Notes under the pieces: model-generated
Database searches by the model: none
What the model saw: the letters and a program-made list of their open reading frames with translations, nothing else
What the model was told of the DNA's origin: nothing
Made by a program: the position numbers and the translations under genes
Part shown: in pieces, positions 30,557 to 41,650 of the stretch
Layout of the letters: every line of letters starts with the position of its first letter
Position numbering within the stretch: the first letter of the stretch is position 1
From: an uncultured bacterium
GTDB taxonomy: Bacteria > Chloroflexota > UBA5177 > JANWHV01
Assembly: GCA_963729625.1 (NCBI GenBank)
Contig: CAVSOU010000008.1
Location: 960,001 to 1,024,000, forward strand
Reading direction: 5' to 3'
Length of the DNA: 64,000 nucleotides

Positions 30557-32010
30557 CTAGGTCCGGTTCGGCAACACCGTCCGCGTCCAGGTCGTGCCTC
30601 CGTCCATCGTGTGGAGCAGCACGCCGCCCGAGCCTGCGGTCCAACCCTGCCTGGCATCCACGAACGTGATACTGTACAGACCCTCGTCGCAACCGCTCGC
30701 CTGCCGCGACCAGTGCCGGCCGCCGTCGACGGTGGCGAGGATCGCACCGCTGGTGCACGCGACCCAACCATGCAGCGCATCCGCGAACGCGACTGCGTTG
30801 AATGCCTGGCTTGCCTCCGACAATTGGATCTCCCAGGTCGATCCGCCGTTCGAGGTGAGGAGAATGGCGCCGCGCCGGCTGACTATCCACGCCCTCGCTT
30901 CATCGATGCAAGCCACGCCGGACAAGTCACGGTCTGTGCCGCCGCTTTGCAGTACCCAGGTCTCTCCGCCATCGGTGGTGTGGAGGATCGTTCCTGCATT
31001 GCCAACCACCCGAAAGCGCGGCTCACGCCGCTGGCCTGCACGCTCCAGGTAACTCCGCCGTCGGTGGTGTGCACGATCGTCCCGCCGGCACCGACGGCCC
31101 ACGCGGTCAGCGAGCTGGTGCAGGCGACCGCGTGAAGCTCCTGGCGAGTAGGGCTGAGGTCCTGTTCCCACGTTCGTCCACCGTCCGAAGTGCGCAGGAT
31201 CACACCCTGACTGCCGACCGTCCAGCCATCCAGGTTGTTGGCCATCGCCACGGCGTTGTGGTCGAGCCAGTCCGGCTCCACCAAGGCCGTCCACGTGCGC
31301 CCGCCGTCCTCGCTGTGAGCCAGCCTGCCCAGCGGGCCGACTGCCACGCTGTTATTGACCCCGCCGAATGCCACGCCGAGCAAGCTGGTAGCGCGTGCCA
31401 CCCCCGCCGGTCGCCGCTGCTCTGGAGGGTTAGCTTGCGCCGGCGGAGACCATCGCGGCGCCAGGGATGGCACAGCCAGCTCCGGCCGGGACCATACACG
31501 AGCCGGTTCTATGTCAGCAAACCCTGCAACTATGCGCGTGATGCCGGCCACCGCGATGACCACCGCGGCCGTCTCCATCAGCCACAGTCCGGCGCCGGCG
31601 CCTACCGAGACGTAATTGTGCAGCCACGACAGCGCGGTGTCGGCCGCGCTTAAGGCGGCGATGTAGCGCGCACCCAGCGCGAGCAGCACCGCCGCCAGCG
31701 CCATTTCCACCATCCCCTGGGCCTGGCGCCCGTCTCGCTGGCGCAGGAGCACGGTCAGCTCGATGACCGCAGCCATGCCGCCCAGCATCAGCGCGTACCA
31801 GCCGTCGAGGACCTGCGAATCCACACCGCTCCACGAGATGCTGGTGGTGGTGGTCGAGCCGTTGGCGTCCTGGTAGCTGGACTGCGCGGTGATCCAGGGC
31901 AGAAAAGCGCAGACCGCCGCCACGGTCCCGGCGATCAGTGCTGTGACGGTAGGGCCAACCGCCAGGTCCGAGGTCGTGCTGCCGTTCCTTGCCGCTCCAG
32001 ACGAATACAT
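30557..32010 (-). CDS. 4-TM membrane domain fused to Ycf48/BNR propeller (frame break ~31010)
   Basis: ORFs 30883-32010 and 30557-31294 share the T.DGG.TW repeat series; N-terminus paralogous to the 21147 gene. Confidence 0.7.
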
Positions 32011-32069
32011 GGGGCAACCTCCAATTCGCTATCGCGCGGGCTCCCGCCGCACGGTTGGCCGGTGACAGG

Positions 32070-33029
32070 TCACTCTAGCTGCACGCTGCGTGCCGCTGCC
32101 CAGCCGGTGATGATCTGGCCGCCCGCGTTGAGTGCGGCGACGCTCCACAGGTACGTGCCCTTCGGCATATTGGCCGTGCTGATAGTGGCCCTAGTCGCCA
32201 GGACCGTGCTGGCCGCCGTCGCGACGGTCGCGGCCGTAATTGCCTGGCCGGGGTCGGCCTTCACCAGCCAGACATGGACGAGGTAGGCTGCGGCACGGGG
32301 AAACGGCTTCCATGCCAGCGGCAGGCCGGTGCCGGTGACGATCGCTTTGTCTGCCGGGAAGGTCAGGGCGACCGCAGGGCCAATGGGCGGCGTTGGCTTA
32401 GGTAGAGGTGGAGTTCCCTTGACGCCCCGCATGCGAATCGTGATGCGAAAGCCGACTGAGGTGTCGCAGTCGTTGCTACTGGTTTTGTGCTCCCAAAATG
32501 CCAGGACGTTCGCGCCCGGCTTGAGCTGTGCTGCCACCGAGAGCGTATGTAGGCTGTGATCGAGACTGTCGGCAACGTAGCTGCCGTTGAGATAGAGCCA
32601 ATTGGAGTGCTGATTGGTGTAATACTGCACGTACTCGGGTGGATGGTCGTAGTTCGCATAGATGAGGGTGCTGCCTTCGTACGACTGCGCTTCCGACACG
32701 GTGAACCTGGTGCGGAAGAGATAGAAGTCCTGTGCGTTTGGGCCGTAGAACAACGGCAGTCCGCCAAGTGGGCCGAGTGCCGTGTGCACGCAATCTGCCG
32801 TGGCGCCGAGAACAGGAACCGCGTGATCCCAGATGGAGTCATCGAAAGCGACAGTGTTCCAATCAGCGGGCCACGTATTGTTATTAGGTCCCAGATCGAG
32901 CACTTTGGTCGCGGAGCTCATCTGAATGACTATACTGCTGTCGTACGCTCGCGCTGTTTCTTGGTGCACCGGCGCCACCAGCATCAGACCGAGTATGACA
33001 ACGGCCACGAAACGGCACACGCTTCGCAT
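32070..33029 (-). CDS. secreted jelly-roll plus Ig/Fn3-like protein
   Basis: ATG 33029 with AGGAGG, signal peptide; domain homologous to the repeats of the 13953 gene (FDDSIW, YLFRTRF, LYLNG, GANVLA). Confidence 0.75.
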   Translation of the reverse strand: MRSVCRFVAVVILGLMLVAPVHQETARAYDSSIVIQMSSATKVLDLGPNNNTWPADWNTVAFDDSIWDHAVPVLGATADCVHTALGPLGGLPLFYGPNAQDFYLFRTRFTVSEAQSYEGSTLIYANYDHPPEYVQYYTNQHSNWLYLNGSYVADSLDHSLHTLSVAAQLKPGANVLAFWEHKTSSNDCDTSVGFRITIRMRGVKGTPPLPKPTPPIGPAVALTFPADKAIVTGTGLPLAWKPFPRAAAYLVHVWLVKADPGQAITAATVATAASTVLATRATISTANMPKGTYLWSVAALNAGGQIITGWAAARSVQLE

Positions 33030-33064
33030 CGACCTACCTCCTTTCAGGTTCACGCTCTTCGAGC

Positions 33065-33739
33065 TCAGATCGCTTGCTGCCGCGTCAAGCTCAGGTGCCA
33101 CACGCCTCCGATGGCCACGAGCACGCCGGCGATCGCGGCAAGCCACAGCCCGACGCCGGCGCTGATCCCGACGCCGATGGCAGAAAGGAACGCGCCGCCC
33201 AACGATCCGGCGGTGGACGATATGTCGCTGACGTCGCGCAACGCGATATACGCGACGGCCGCGCCCAGGATCAGCTCGCCGATGCCCTGCAGGGTCCGTT
33301 CCTCACGGCCACGCGCGAGGGCGATCACCTGGATCAGGACCGCGGCGCCGCCCAGTACAAGCACCCACCAGCCGTCACCGCCCACGCTCGTGCCGCTGGC
33401 GGATGCGGTCGCGCTGTAGGCGGAGCTGCCGGCCGAGACGGTGACCCAGGGCAGAAACACCGACACCGCCGCGCCGATCACCGCCGCGGCGACACCTGCT
33501 AGGAGCACGAGCCAGGCCGCGCCGGTGATCGGCGCGGGAGCGTAGACCGGCGGGGACGCCGATAACCGCGCTGGGTCGAGCAGCAGCGCGGGAACACCCG
33601 ACCGCTCCGCACCAGTATCCGCCGACGCGCCAGCTGCCACGGCCGCGCCGCAGCGTGGACAGAATCGCGCGTGCGAGGGATTTGCCGCACCGCAGAGCCT
33701 GCAGTAGCCGCCCTGCGCAGGTTCACCTTCCATAGCCAT
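33065..33739 (-). CDS. zinc-ribbon plus 4-TM membrane protein
   Basis: CRLCGAANPSHARFCPRCG; FLPW...DGWW...GVGLWL. Confidence 0.75.
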   Translation of the reverse strand: MAMEGEPAQGGYCRLCGAANPSHARFCPRCGAAVAAGASADTGAERSGVPALLLDPARLSASPPVYAPAPITGAAWLVLLAGVAAAVIGAAVSVFLPWVTVSAGSSAYSATASASGTSVGGDGWWVLVLGGAAVLIQVIALARGREERTLQGIGELILGAAVAYIALRDVSDISSTAGSLGGAFLSAIGVGISAGVGLWLAAIAGVLVAIGGVWHLSLTRQQAI

Positions 33740-33898
33740 GCTCCGCATTCCACTATGCGCGCTCAACGCATCGAGCCACGGCCGTCTCAGCCACGACGCC
33801 GCCTCGAGCCGGATCGGCGGCCGATCGAGCGTATCCGCGCTCCCGTTCTCGCGTCTGCCGGACCCGCCGCCGGCCGCTCGGCACCGAGCGCCGCGAAC

Positions 33899-33931
33899 AG
33901 CATAGCAGTCGGGCATTAGGCCGGCATTAGG
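33899..33931 (-). promoter_or_regulatory. direct-repeat box plus extended -10 (#7)
   Basis: CCTAATG CCGG CCTAATG CCCGACTGC TATGCT. Confidence 0.88.
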
Positions 33932-34069
33932 CGAGAGCGCGGTTCCGCGGAGCTTGGCCTGCGCCGGCCGCGGCACGCCAGTTCGTGGTCATGCACTGGT
34001 TCCTCAACAGTGAGCCGGCTCGCCAGGCATGCAGGGCGACCGGCAGACTTTACTCGGTTTTGCGATCGG

Positions 34070-34102
34070 CCTAATGGTCGCCTAATGCCACGCTGCTATA
34101 CT
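34070..34102 (+). promoter_or_regulatory. direct-repeat box plus extended -10 (#8)
   Basis: CCTAATG GTCG CCTAATG CCACGCTGC TATACT. Confidence 0.88.
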
Positions 34103-34215
34103 TGCGCCATCGCATGGGAACCCGGCGGTTCAGCCCGGCCGAGTAAGGGATATTCGTGTGATCGCTGCATCGGTCGTAAGGCAGCGGCGCCGGCACGCCG
34201 ACATGAGGGCGCATC

Positions 34216-35985
34216 GTGACACCACGTGATCCGGAAGCGCAACCGACCGTCACGCAAGCCGCTCCGGCGGACGCGCCGGATCCTGCGCGCCGGGCGCCGT
34301 ATCCCCCGGCCGCCCCGGTGACGAGCCGGGCGTGGCGTGGCGCCGCGCACGCGGTGCCGCCGATCCTTGTCGTGCTTTCTGCTCTCGTCATCCTCGGCAG
34401 CGTGCTGGCCATCGCCCTCTTTGCGCCTCGCTCGCGGTCGTCGCCGCCGCCAACGCCGACCGTCGACGCGAGCGCCGCCACGCAGGAGGCCGCGACCTTC
34501 GCGGCCCTTGCCTTGCAGACCGCCCCGCCAAGCGTCGCCCCAGATACCGCGACGCCGGCGTCCACCGACACGACGGTCCTCACCGACGCGCCGGCGTCCA
34601 CAAACACGCCGGTAAGCGTGCCGGCTCAGGCCAACGCGGGCGGCGTGAGCGTCTGCACAGCGGACGACTTCTCCCGATTCAAGGACCTGTGCACGCGGCC
34701 GGACGCCTCGATCTCGCCCGACCAGTACGACGCGGCGCGCCTCGTCGTCGCGGGCCCGAATGGCGGCCGGTTCCAGAATGACGGCCTGCAGTTTCTGCTG
34801 GACCAGCAGAACGACGACGGCAGCTTCACGCGCCTCGGTTCTGCCGCCGATTCAGTGCCAGTTGCCGATACGAGCGAATCGCATATGCTGTCCTGGCTCT
34901 TCGACGCCACGGGGAACACACCGGCATTCGACGGCACGCGCTACGAGGTCGAGGTAGACTCCGGCGACCAGAAGAGTCTCGGCGTCGTTGACTTCGCGCT
35001 CGCCGCTACAACCGGCGTAACCGTGCCGACGGGTACGCCTGCCGGGCCGCTGCCGGCTCCCACTTCCAGCCCGGGCGCCGGGAACGAGAGCGGTCCCGTG
35101 CGGAGCGACGGCACCGTGGCGCCTCTGCCAGCCACCGAAACACCTGCTGTATCCACGGAGCAGGACACGGCCACGAGTGTTCCCATAGCCATGGCGTCCG
35201 ACACGCCGGAGGATACACTCACCGACGTGCCGACAGACACCGAGATGCCGACCGACGTGCCAACCGAGACTCCCACGCCGCCGGACACCGACACGCCGAC
35301 CGAGATTCCCACGGAGACGCCGATCCCCACAGCGTTCGTCCCCAATCTCACCGTCGCGGGCAATGCCTGCGCCGGTGCTCGAACGGCGGCAAACACCGTG
35401 GTGCGCTTCTACCTCGCGGTAGACGAGCGGCGCTACGCCGACGCCTACCAATGTCTCAGTCCGGAGCGCCAGGCGGCGCAGTCTCTGGACGACTGGATTC
35501 ACGGCTACGACACGACCGTGGCCTCGCCGCTCGTCGTCGCCGATCAGCTCGACGCCACCACCGTGGACGACGTGCTCGACGCCGTGGATCGCAAGAACGG
35601 CGTGCTGATCGCCACGCGGTTCACGTTCCAGTGGCAGCTCGACGCCAACGGCCTGCTGTACCACGCGAAAGAGACCGGCCAGACCAGCGGGCAGGTGGAC
35701 GACATCCCGGCCACCGACCCGGCAGAGATCATCGCGGCGGACGGGCAGCAGATCGTCAGCTCTCAGGACGCCTACCTCACGGGCGGCGGCGTGCCGGACC
35801 ACATCTACATCACCGACAACGGCGGCGGCAGGCAGGTGTGGATCTATGAGGGCAACCACCTGATCTTCGCCGAGACGTTGAGCGACATCCAGGACGTGCA
35901 GCCCGCGGCGTCGAGCGACGGATTCACCATCGACTGGTCCGGCGGCAGCGAGACCTGGCGCTGGACGCCGGAGGGCTTCGCGTAA
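34216..35985 (+). CDS. membrane-anchored acidic extracellular protein with P/T-rich linkers
   Basis: N-terminal TM, PTDTETP linkers, VVRFYLAVD.RRYADAYQCLS (NTF2-like start, inference). Confidence 0.7.
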   Translation: MTPRDPEAQPTVTQAAPADAPDPARRAPYPPAAPVTSRAWRGAAHAVPPILVVLSALVILGSVLAIALFAPRSRSSPPPTPTVDASAATQEAATFAALALQTAPPSVAPDTATPASTDTTVLTDAPASTNTPVSVPAQANAGGVSVCTADDFSRFKDLCTRPDASISPDQYDAARLVVAGPNGGRFQNDGLQFLLDQQNDDGSFTRLGSAADSVPVADTSESHMLSWLFDATGNTPAFDGTRYEVEVDSGDQKSLGVVDFALAATTGVTVPTGTPAGPLPAPTSSPGAGNESGPVRSDGTVAPLPATETPAVSTEQDTATSVPIAMASDTPEDTLTDVPTDTEMPTDVPTETPTPPDTDTPTEIPTETPIPTAFVPNLTVAGNACAGARTAANTVVRFYLAVDERRYADAYQCLSPERQAAQSLDDWIHGYDTTVASPLVVADQLDATTVDDVLDAVDRKNGVLIATRFTFQWQLDANGLLYHAKETGQTSGQVDDIPATDPAEIIAADGQQIVSSQDAYLTGGGVPDHIYITDNGGGRQVWIYEGNHLIFAETLSDIQDVQPAASSDGFTIDWSGGSETWRWTPEGFA

Positions 35986-37164
35986 ATGGGGCCGGTAGCC
36001 CGGGCCTCCAGCTTCGGCAAGAGGGCAGCGGCCGTGTCAGCTGCGGCCTTGCTGCTGGCCTGCCTGCCCGGACTGCCTTCCCTGGACATGGCCAGGGCTG
36101 GCGGCGGCAGCCCCGCGACCTGCGCCTTCCAGCGACTGGACCTGCGCGCCGAGATCGGCCAGATCATCGTGGTCTCTTTCGACGGCGACCGCCCATCCGC
36201 CGGTCTGAGCGATCTGCTTCGCGCCTGGCCGGTCGGCGGCATCATCCTCTTCGATCGCAATGTCGGCAGCACAGTTGGCCTTACAGCGCTCATCGTCGGC
36301 GCGCAGCAGGTGGTTGCCGTGCCGCTCCTCGTGGCGGTCGACCAAGAGGGCGGGACGGTCGTGCGCATCCGTGCCGGCGTCACCCCGCTGCCGTCGGAGA
36401 GGTACTATGGCCGAACCAGGTCGCCGGCACGCGTCTTCGCGGACGCCCGAACCGAGGGATTGGCCCTCAAGCGTCTGGGCGTCAACCTCAATCTGGCCCC
36501 GGTGGTCGACGTGCGGGTAGCGCCGGGCAGCGCTATCGGCAGCCGGAGCTTCGGCCCCGATCCCACGCTAGATGCCACGCTCGCCTCCGCGGCCATTCGC
36601 GGCTATCAATCGGCCGGCATCGGCGCCACCGCCAAGCATTTTCTCGGCCTGGGAGAAGTGACGCTCAACGCCGATCTGGAGTTGCCGGTGGTGAGCGCGA
36701 CGCGCGGGCAGCTCGAGGCGAACGACATGCCGCCCATGCGCGCGGCCGTGCATGCCGGCGTCGCCGCGATCATGGTCACGCGGGTGGCGATTCCGGCCCT
36801 GGATCCGTCCGGCACGCCCGCCTACGCCTCGCCGGTCATGATCCAGCAGGTGATTCGTGGCGAGCTGGGCTACGCGGGAGCGCTGATTACCGACAGCCTG
36901 CTGACGCCAGCCGTGTTCGCCGGGCCCGGTCCGGCCGCGGCGGCAGTGGCTGCGCTGGGAGCAGGCGACGACATGTTGCTGGTGGGCACCGGCGCCGAGC
37001 AGTACCAGTCGCAGGTCGTGCCGACGATCGCGGCGATCTACGAGGCAGTGGAGCAAGGCGAGGTGCCAAGGAGCCGCGTCGACGACGCGGCGATGCACGT
37101 GCTGCGGCTCAAGGCCCGGCTCGGCCTGCTGCCGCCGTGCTCGGCGGGGCCGGTGAGGACGTAA
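35986..37164 (+). CDS. secreted GH3 beta-N-acetylhexosaminidase-like protein
   Basis: IGQII, AVDQEGGTV.R, NLAPVVDV, SRSFG, AKHFLGLG, ITDSL, AGDDMLL. Confidence 0.88.
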   Translation: MGPVARASSFGKRAAAVSAAALLLACLPGLPSLDMARAGGGSPATCAFQRLDLRAEIGQIIVVSFDGDRPSAGLSDLLRAWPVGGIILFDRNVGSTVGLTALIVGAQQVVAVPLLVAVDQEGGTVVRIRAGVTPLPSERYYGRTRSPARVFADARTEGLALKRLGVNLNLAPVVDVRVAPGSAIGSRSFGPDPTLDATLASAAIRGYQSAGIGATAKHFLGLGEVTLNADLELPVVSATRGQLEANDMPPMRAAVHAGVAAIMVTRVAIPALDPSGTPAYASPVMIQQVIRGELGYAGALITDSLLTPAVFAGPGPAAAAVAALGAGDDMLLVGTGAEQYQSQVVPTIAAIYEAVEQGEVPRSRVDDAAMHVLRLKARLGLLPPCSAGPVRT

Positions 37165-37266
37165 GGCCGGTCGGCCGGGCAAGAGGCCGTCTCGCACGCG
37201 TGACTGCGGCTTCGCTGCAAGGCGCCGGAGGGTGTGGCGGGAAGATGCCGGCCGGTGCGTTTTCGG

Positions 37267-37299
37267 CCTAACGCTCACCTAATGCGCGGGTGCTAGGAT
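37267..37299 (+). promoter_or_regulatory. direct-repeat box plus extended -10 (#9)
   Basis: CCTAACG CTCA CCTAATG CGCGGGTGC TAGGAT. Confidence 0.88.
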
Positions 37300-37382
37300 A
37301 GGCGTGCGCTGCCGGGGCCGCCCACGGGGCAGCCCTCGACGGAGGCGTTATTGGCGGTGCGCAAGTTGCGCAGGGAGGGCGT

Positions 37383-40300
37383 ATGTCACGCGTTACACCT
37401 CGCGTTCTCGTGGGAGTTCTTCTCGTCGCGCAGCTACTCTTGCCGCAGGTCGGGGCGCCGCGCACAGGGGCGGCGCAGGCGCACTCGAGCCGCGCCGCGG
37501 CGTCCGCTATGCCTGCGGAGTCGACGGCCGTACCGGGCGCAATCGCCACCGGCGAGGCAGCGGCGACGGATGCGGCGACAGATATACCGACGACGTCGGA
37601 GGCGCCTGCTACCGCTGTAGCCACAAGCGTCCCCTTTGCGTTGGCGACTAGCGTCACATTGCCGGTACCGTCTTCCACAGGAAATCACGGCGGGCTTGAT
37701 GGTAGCTCAGTGCCGGCAGTAGGTCCGAATTCTACTTGGACAGGGCGAGCGTGCATCATCGATGCTCCTGCCGCGGTGTACCTAGGCGTGGGTTATGCCG
37801 GGCACGTCGGATGGGCCTTTACCTCTAGCAGCACCAATTCCTCCTGGACATACGGAGCTACCGAGGGTACGGCCGCGACGGACAACTGGTCAAACGTGGG
37901 ATCCTGGGCAGACCTTGTCAATGATTTCGCGCACAAACGTGCTGCAGATAGTCCATACACGCAATACCGGTGTGTCGATGTATCTTCGCCCGATCTCGCT
38001 GCTGCCAACACGGCTGTCGATCAGCAGGACTCGCAGCCGTACGTGCTCGTTCTCAGCGATTGCTTGAGCAGGGCGGTAGCCATCCTGCGAGCCTATGGCG
38101 TATCGCTTCCCGACAGTGAATTGATATTTGCTGGTCCGAATATCTATTTCATTGACCACCTGACTAACTTCGACCAAATCATGCAGATCACCTGCGCCGC
38201 TCCGGCGCTCCTCGTCCCTAGCAGCGACGCGATCACAGACTCCGAAACGATCACCTTCACCTGGATCGGCGTCGTGATGTGCACCTCTGATAGCTACGCA
38301 GTCCACAGCTATTCGTTTCGAATCAAAGACACGAGCGACATGGACAACGGGGGCACTACCATTGTCGACACCAACGAGTCAGGCACGCAGCACACCCTTA
38401 CGCTCACAGGTCAAGACAACAAAGATCTGTACTGGGGAGTGAGAGCAGCAAATTCCCCGGCCGGCGCTCCATGGGGCGTGCGTCGATTCCGCATTCAGCC
38501 TTCGACACCCACACCCGTGGGCCATACCTCACACAACATCGCATATGTTAACTACGACGACAGTGGCTTTACTGAGGCCGGTATTCCGTCGGCAAACCTG
38601 TTTGGCAATGCAATACTGGGGGGACCTGGGCCCACCGGCTCCCCATCGGAGTCTCTGACATACAATGGCATGATGTTCACGCCTCTGACGCGGGCAGCGA
38701 TATCGGCTGCTTCGCTTGCTAGTTACGACACCTTAATTCTGTTCGAGATCTGTGACATAGCAACAGCCCTCACACCATCGCAACACGCGGCGATCAATGC
38801 ATTCCTCGCTGCTGGCAATAAGATTCTGTTGTTCGACGCGGATCGCTGCGCACCAGGAGTTGGCGGTCAGGTGGATTACTCGTGGTTTACTTACCCATTC
38901 TCCACAAGCTCGCCAGGGCCTGAAGGCGCGGAAGGCACCCTAACCGTTGTCGAGAACTCAACTCTCACGCAGGGACTTGCAGGGGATCCGTTACTCATAT
39001 GTCTGCAGGCCGCCAGCAAGACCTGGGAAGGGACAGGCCATGCCGATCGCGAATGCCCAGTTCGAGCACATCAACGCCACGGCGACGGGGTTTGTGGCGG
39101 CGGGCGAGCCGGCCATCTCCGTGGACACCAAGAAGAAAGAACTGGTCGGGGACTTCAAGAACGGGGGCCGGGAGTGGCGACCCAAAGGCCAGCCGGAGGA
39201 AGTACGGGTCTACGACTTCCCCATCGCGGGCCAAGGACGGGTGAGCCCCTATGGGGTTTATGACCTGGCCGAGAATGCCGGCTGGGTGAACGTCGGTATC
39301 GACCATGATACGGCCGCCTTTGCGGTGGCGAGTGTCCGCCGCTGGTGGCAGGAGACGGGCCAGGCGCACTACCCGCTGGCCCAGCGCCTGCTGATCACCG
39401 CGGATGGCGGCGGCAGCAATGGGTCGCGCGTGCGCCTGTGGAAGTGGGAGTTGCAGCGCCTGGCAGATGAGACCGGTCTGGCCATCACGGTGTGCCACTA
39501 CCCGTTAGTGCCGACGAGCTAGGCGACGCGAATACCGCCACGACATCGGACCCACACTGGTATGCGGCGGCCAAGACAACCAATGCCCTTGGCAACAATG
39601 GCTATTTCTTGGCGTACGCAAGCAACACAGGTCTGACAATCTACAATGGCGCCGACTACTGGTACTCAGATTACCCCACCCAGTCGCTTACGGACCTGTT
39701 TCTCAGCGAGCTTAATCAGCAGTTCAATCCAGACAACCTACCCAGTAGCACGCCGCTTGAGGTAATGGACTATAAGCAAAACTGCCCTGCGAGCATCTGT
39801 CCCAACCAGGGCGGTACCTGGGCGGGCAGCGCAACCGCCTCCCCGCCGTGGTCGGACTCCCCCAACCTTGATCTTGTGACATCATGTGACACGATTCACA
39901 AGAGTGGCTGTGCCTTGACCTCGGTGGCCAACGTCGCCTACTCGTACGGCATTCGGACGATACCAGGGACCGGCATGGCTCTAGATCCCGGAACCCTTAA
40001 CACATACCTCAACGGCAAAGGCTGGGCTAACCAGAAATACCCATGCTACATGTACTGGGATATCGCAGCTTCTAGTCTGGGTCTGGCCCTCAACAAGCAT
40101 AACGGCGTAGTCTATCCAGCAACTTTGTCAGCGCGGCTCACGCAAGCACTCAGCGACGGGAATTTGCCAATCATCGAGATCACGTGGCCGAACCCGAGTC
40201 ACCCGAACGATAGGACATGGGACAACCATCACTGGGTAGTAGTAGTAAATCAGGTTGGAAGCGATTACCGCATCGCCGATCCGTGGTATCCCGCTTCGCC

Positions 40301-41318
40301 AACCAATTTACTGAGTGCGGACTACCCCAGCCCCTCGCACACGATCACGGATGTAGAAGTGCTCGATCGTGGTTCGCATCCTGGTGGGAACTGGTCTATC
40401 ACGATGCACTCCCCAGCACAATTCCTTGTCACGGATCCCAATGGCCAGGTGACAGGATATGTCGCGAGCTCCGGAACCACAATTAGCAACATTCCGGGTG
40501 CGTATTACTCGATCTCTCAAGGGCTGTCGGACGATACGGGGGTCGACCCTCCTTTACCTGACATTCCGTTCTTCGAAAACAATTCGCCGATTCCAGGTAC
40601 CTACACGGTCCAGGTGATCGGCACCGGATCGGGACCATATACGCTCGATTTCTCTTCATCTAGCGACTCGGGATCCATCTCTCAGTCAAGTATTAGTGGC
40701 ATCACGTCGGCCGGCCAGGTGGACACGTTCGAGGTTCAAGTGAGCGGCGGCACGAGCATTATCCAGCAGCCGACGCCCCTGCCAACGTCCAGACCGTATA
40801 TACCAGTAGTCAGCATGCCAACCGCCACGTCCACACCAACCGCCACTGCCACAAGCGTGCATGCGACGAATACTGCTACCGCAACCGCCACCGCGACCGC
40901 GATACCGCCGACGGCCACGAGTACGCGCGTGCCGCCCACGGCAACTGCCACCCCCGTGCCGACGCTGATCATCTACCACAACGCGCGCACGGAAGTGGGC
41001 GGCCGCAAAGCGGACTGCACCATCGCAGGCAACACAAAGGGCGCACATGAGCCAGGCTGCGAGATCGTGTCCGGCATTTCGGCGCCCGGCGCCACGGTCG
41101 TGTATACGCTGAAGTACGCGGACGGGGCAACGCAAACGTTCACGGACACGGCCGACTTCCGCGGGCACTCGCTGCACCCGTTCAATGTCGCCTACATGCC
41201 GCCGAAGGGCAGCAAGCACGGGCAGCCGGCGACGGTGGCCTACATCACGGTCACGGCGACGCTGAAAAACGGCACCTCGCTTGGTCCGCTGGCCGCGCGG
41301 TTCGCCGTCATCCGCTGA
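37383..41318 (+). pseudogene. large secreted protein (permuted papain-like, Ig-like, GATase-like alpha/beta, C39-like peptidase, P/T linker, C-terminal domain) interrupted by a transposase fragment
   Basis: The 5' ORF reads to LAGDP at ~38990 and the 3' ORF resumes SADELGDAN at ~39507. GHVGWAF...SDCL; SGCALTSVA...DPGTLN...HWVVV...IADP. Confidence 0.75.
38994..39504 (+). mobile_element. internal fragment of ISAzo13-family transposase
   Basis: AQFEHIN...ISVDTKKKELVGDFKNGGREWRPKG...PYGVYD...DHDTAAFAV...ITADGGGSNGSRVRLWK...VCHYP. No IS ends seen; flanked by CCGTTA at 38988 and 39502. Confidence 0.88.
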
Positions 41319-41350
41319 CCACCCCGTGGGTCATCAGCCCTGCTCTGACG

Positions 41351-41380
41351 AAGGGCCGTGCTGAAAAGCGCGGCCCTTTT
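41351..41380 (+). terminator. intrinsic terminator hairpin
   Basis: AAGGGCCGTGCT-GAAA-AGCGCGGCCCTT followed by TT, just after stop 41318. Confidence 0.65.
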
Positions 41381-41650
41381 CACATCGTCCCCTCCTGTCC
41401 ACGCTGGGCACGAAGCCAACAATGCACGACGTTCGTGCCGCCGGCGTGAAACCCCGCGCTTCAGCAGGAGTCTCACTGATAACCTAACGGCGGTGTTCAG
41501 GCCGCCCTCGGCAGAGGTGTCCACCTTGCGGCCGGCGGCCGGGGCCAACGAACCGCGGAGCCGGCCTGAGTCCGCGCGCAACTGGGCGACGAGGGCCGGA
41601 GCGCTGCCCAAGCCGGCTCACGGCTACGTGCGCCGGCGTCGCTCCTCCGC

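Noticed and set aside
41482-41490. Single CCTAACG heptamer
   Set aside because: No partner heptamer at 11 bp and no -10 at the fixed spacing.
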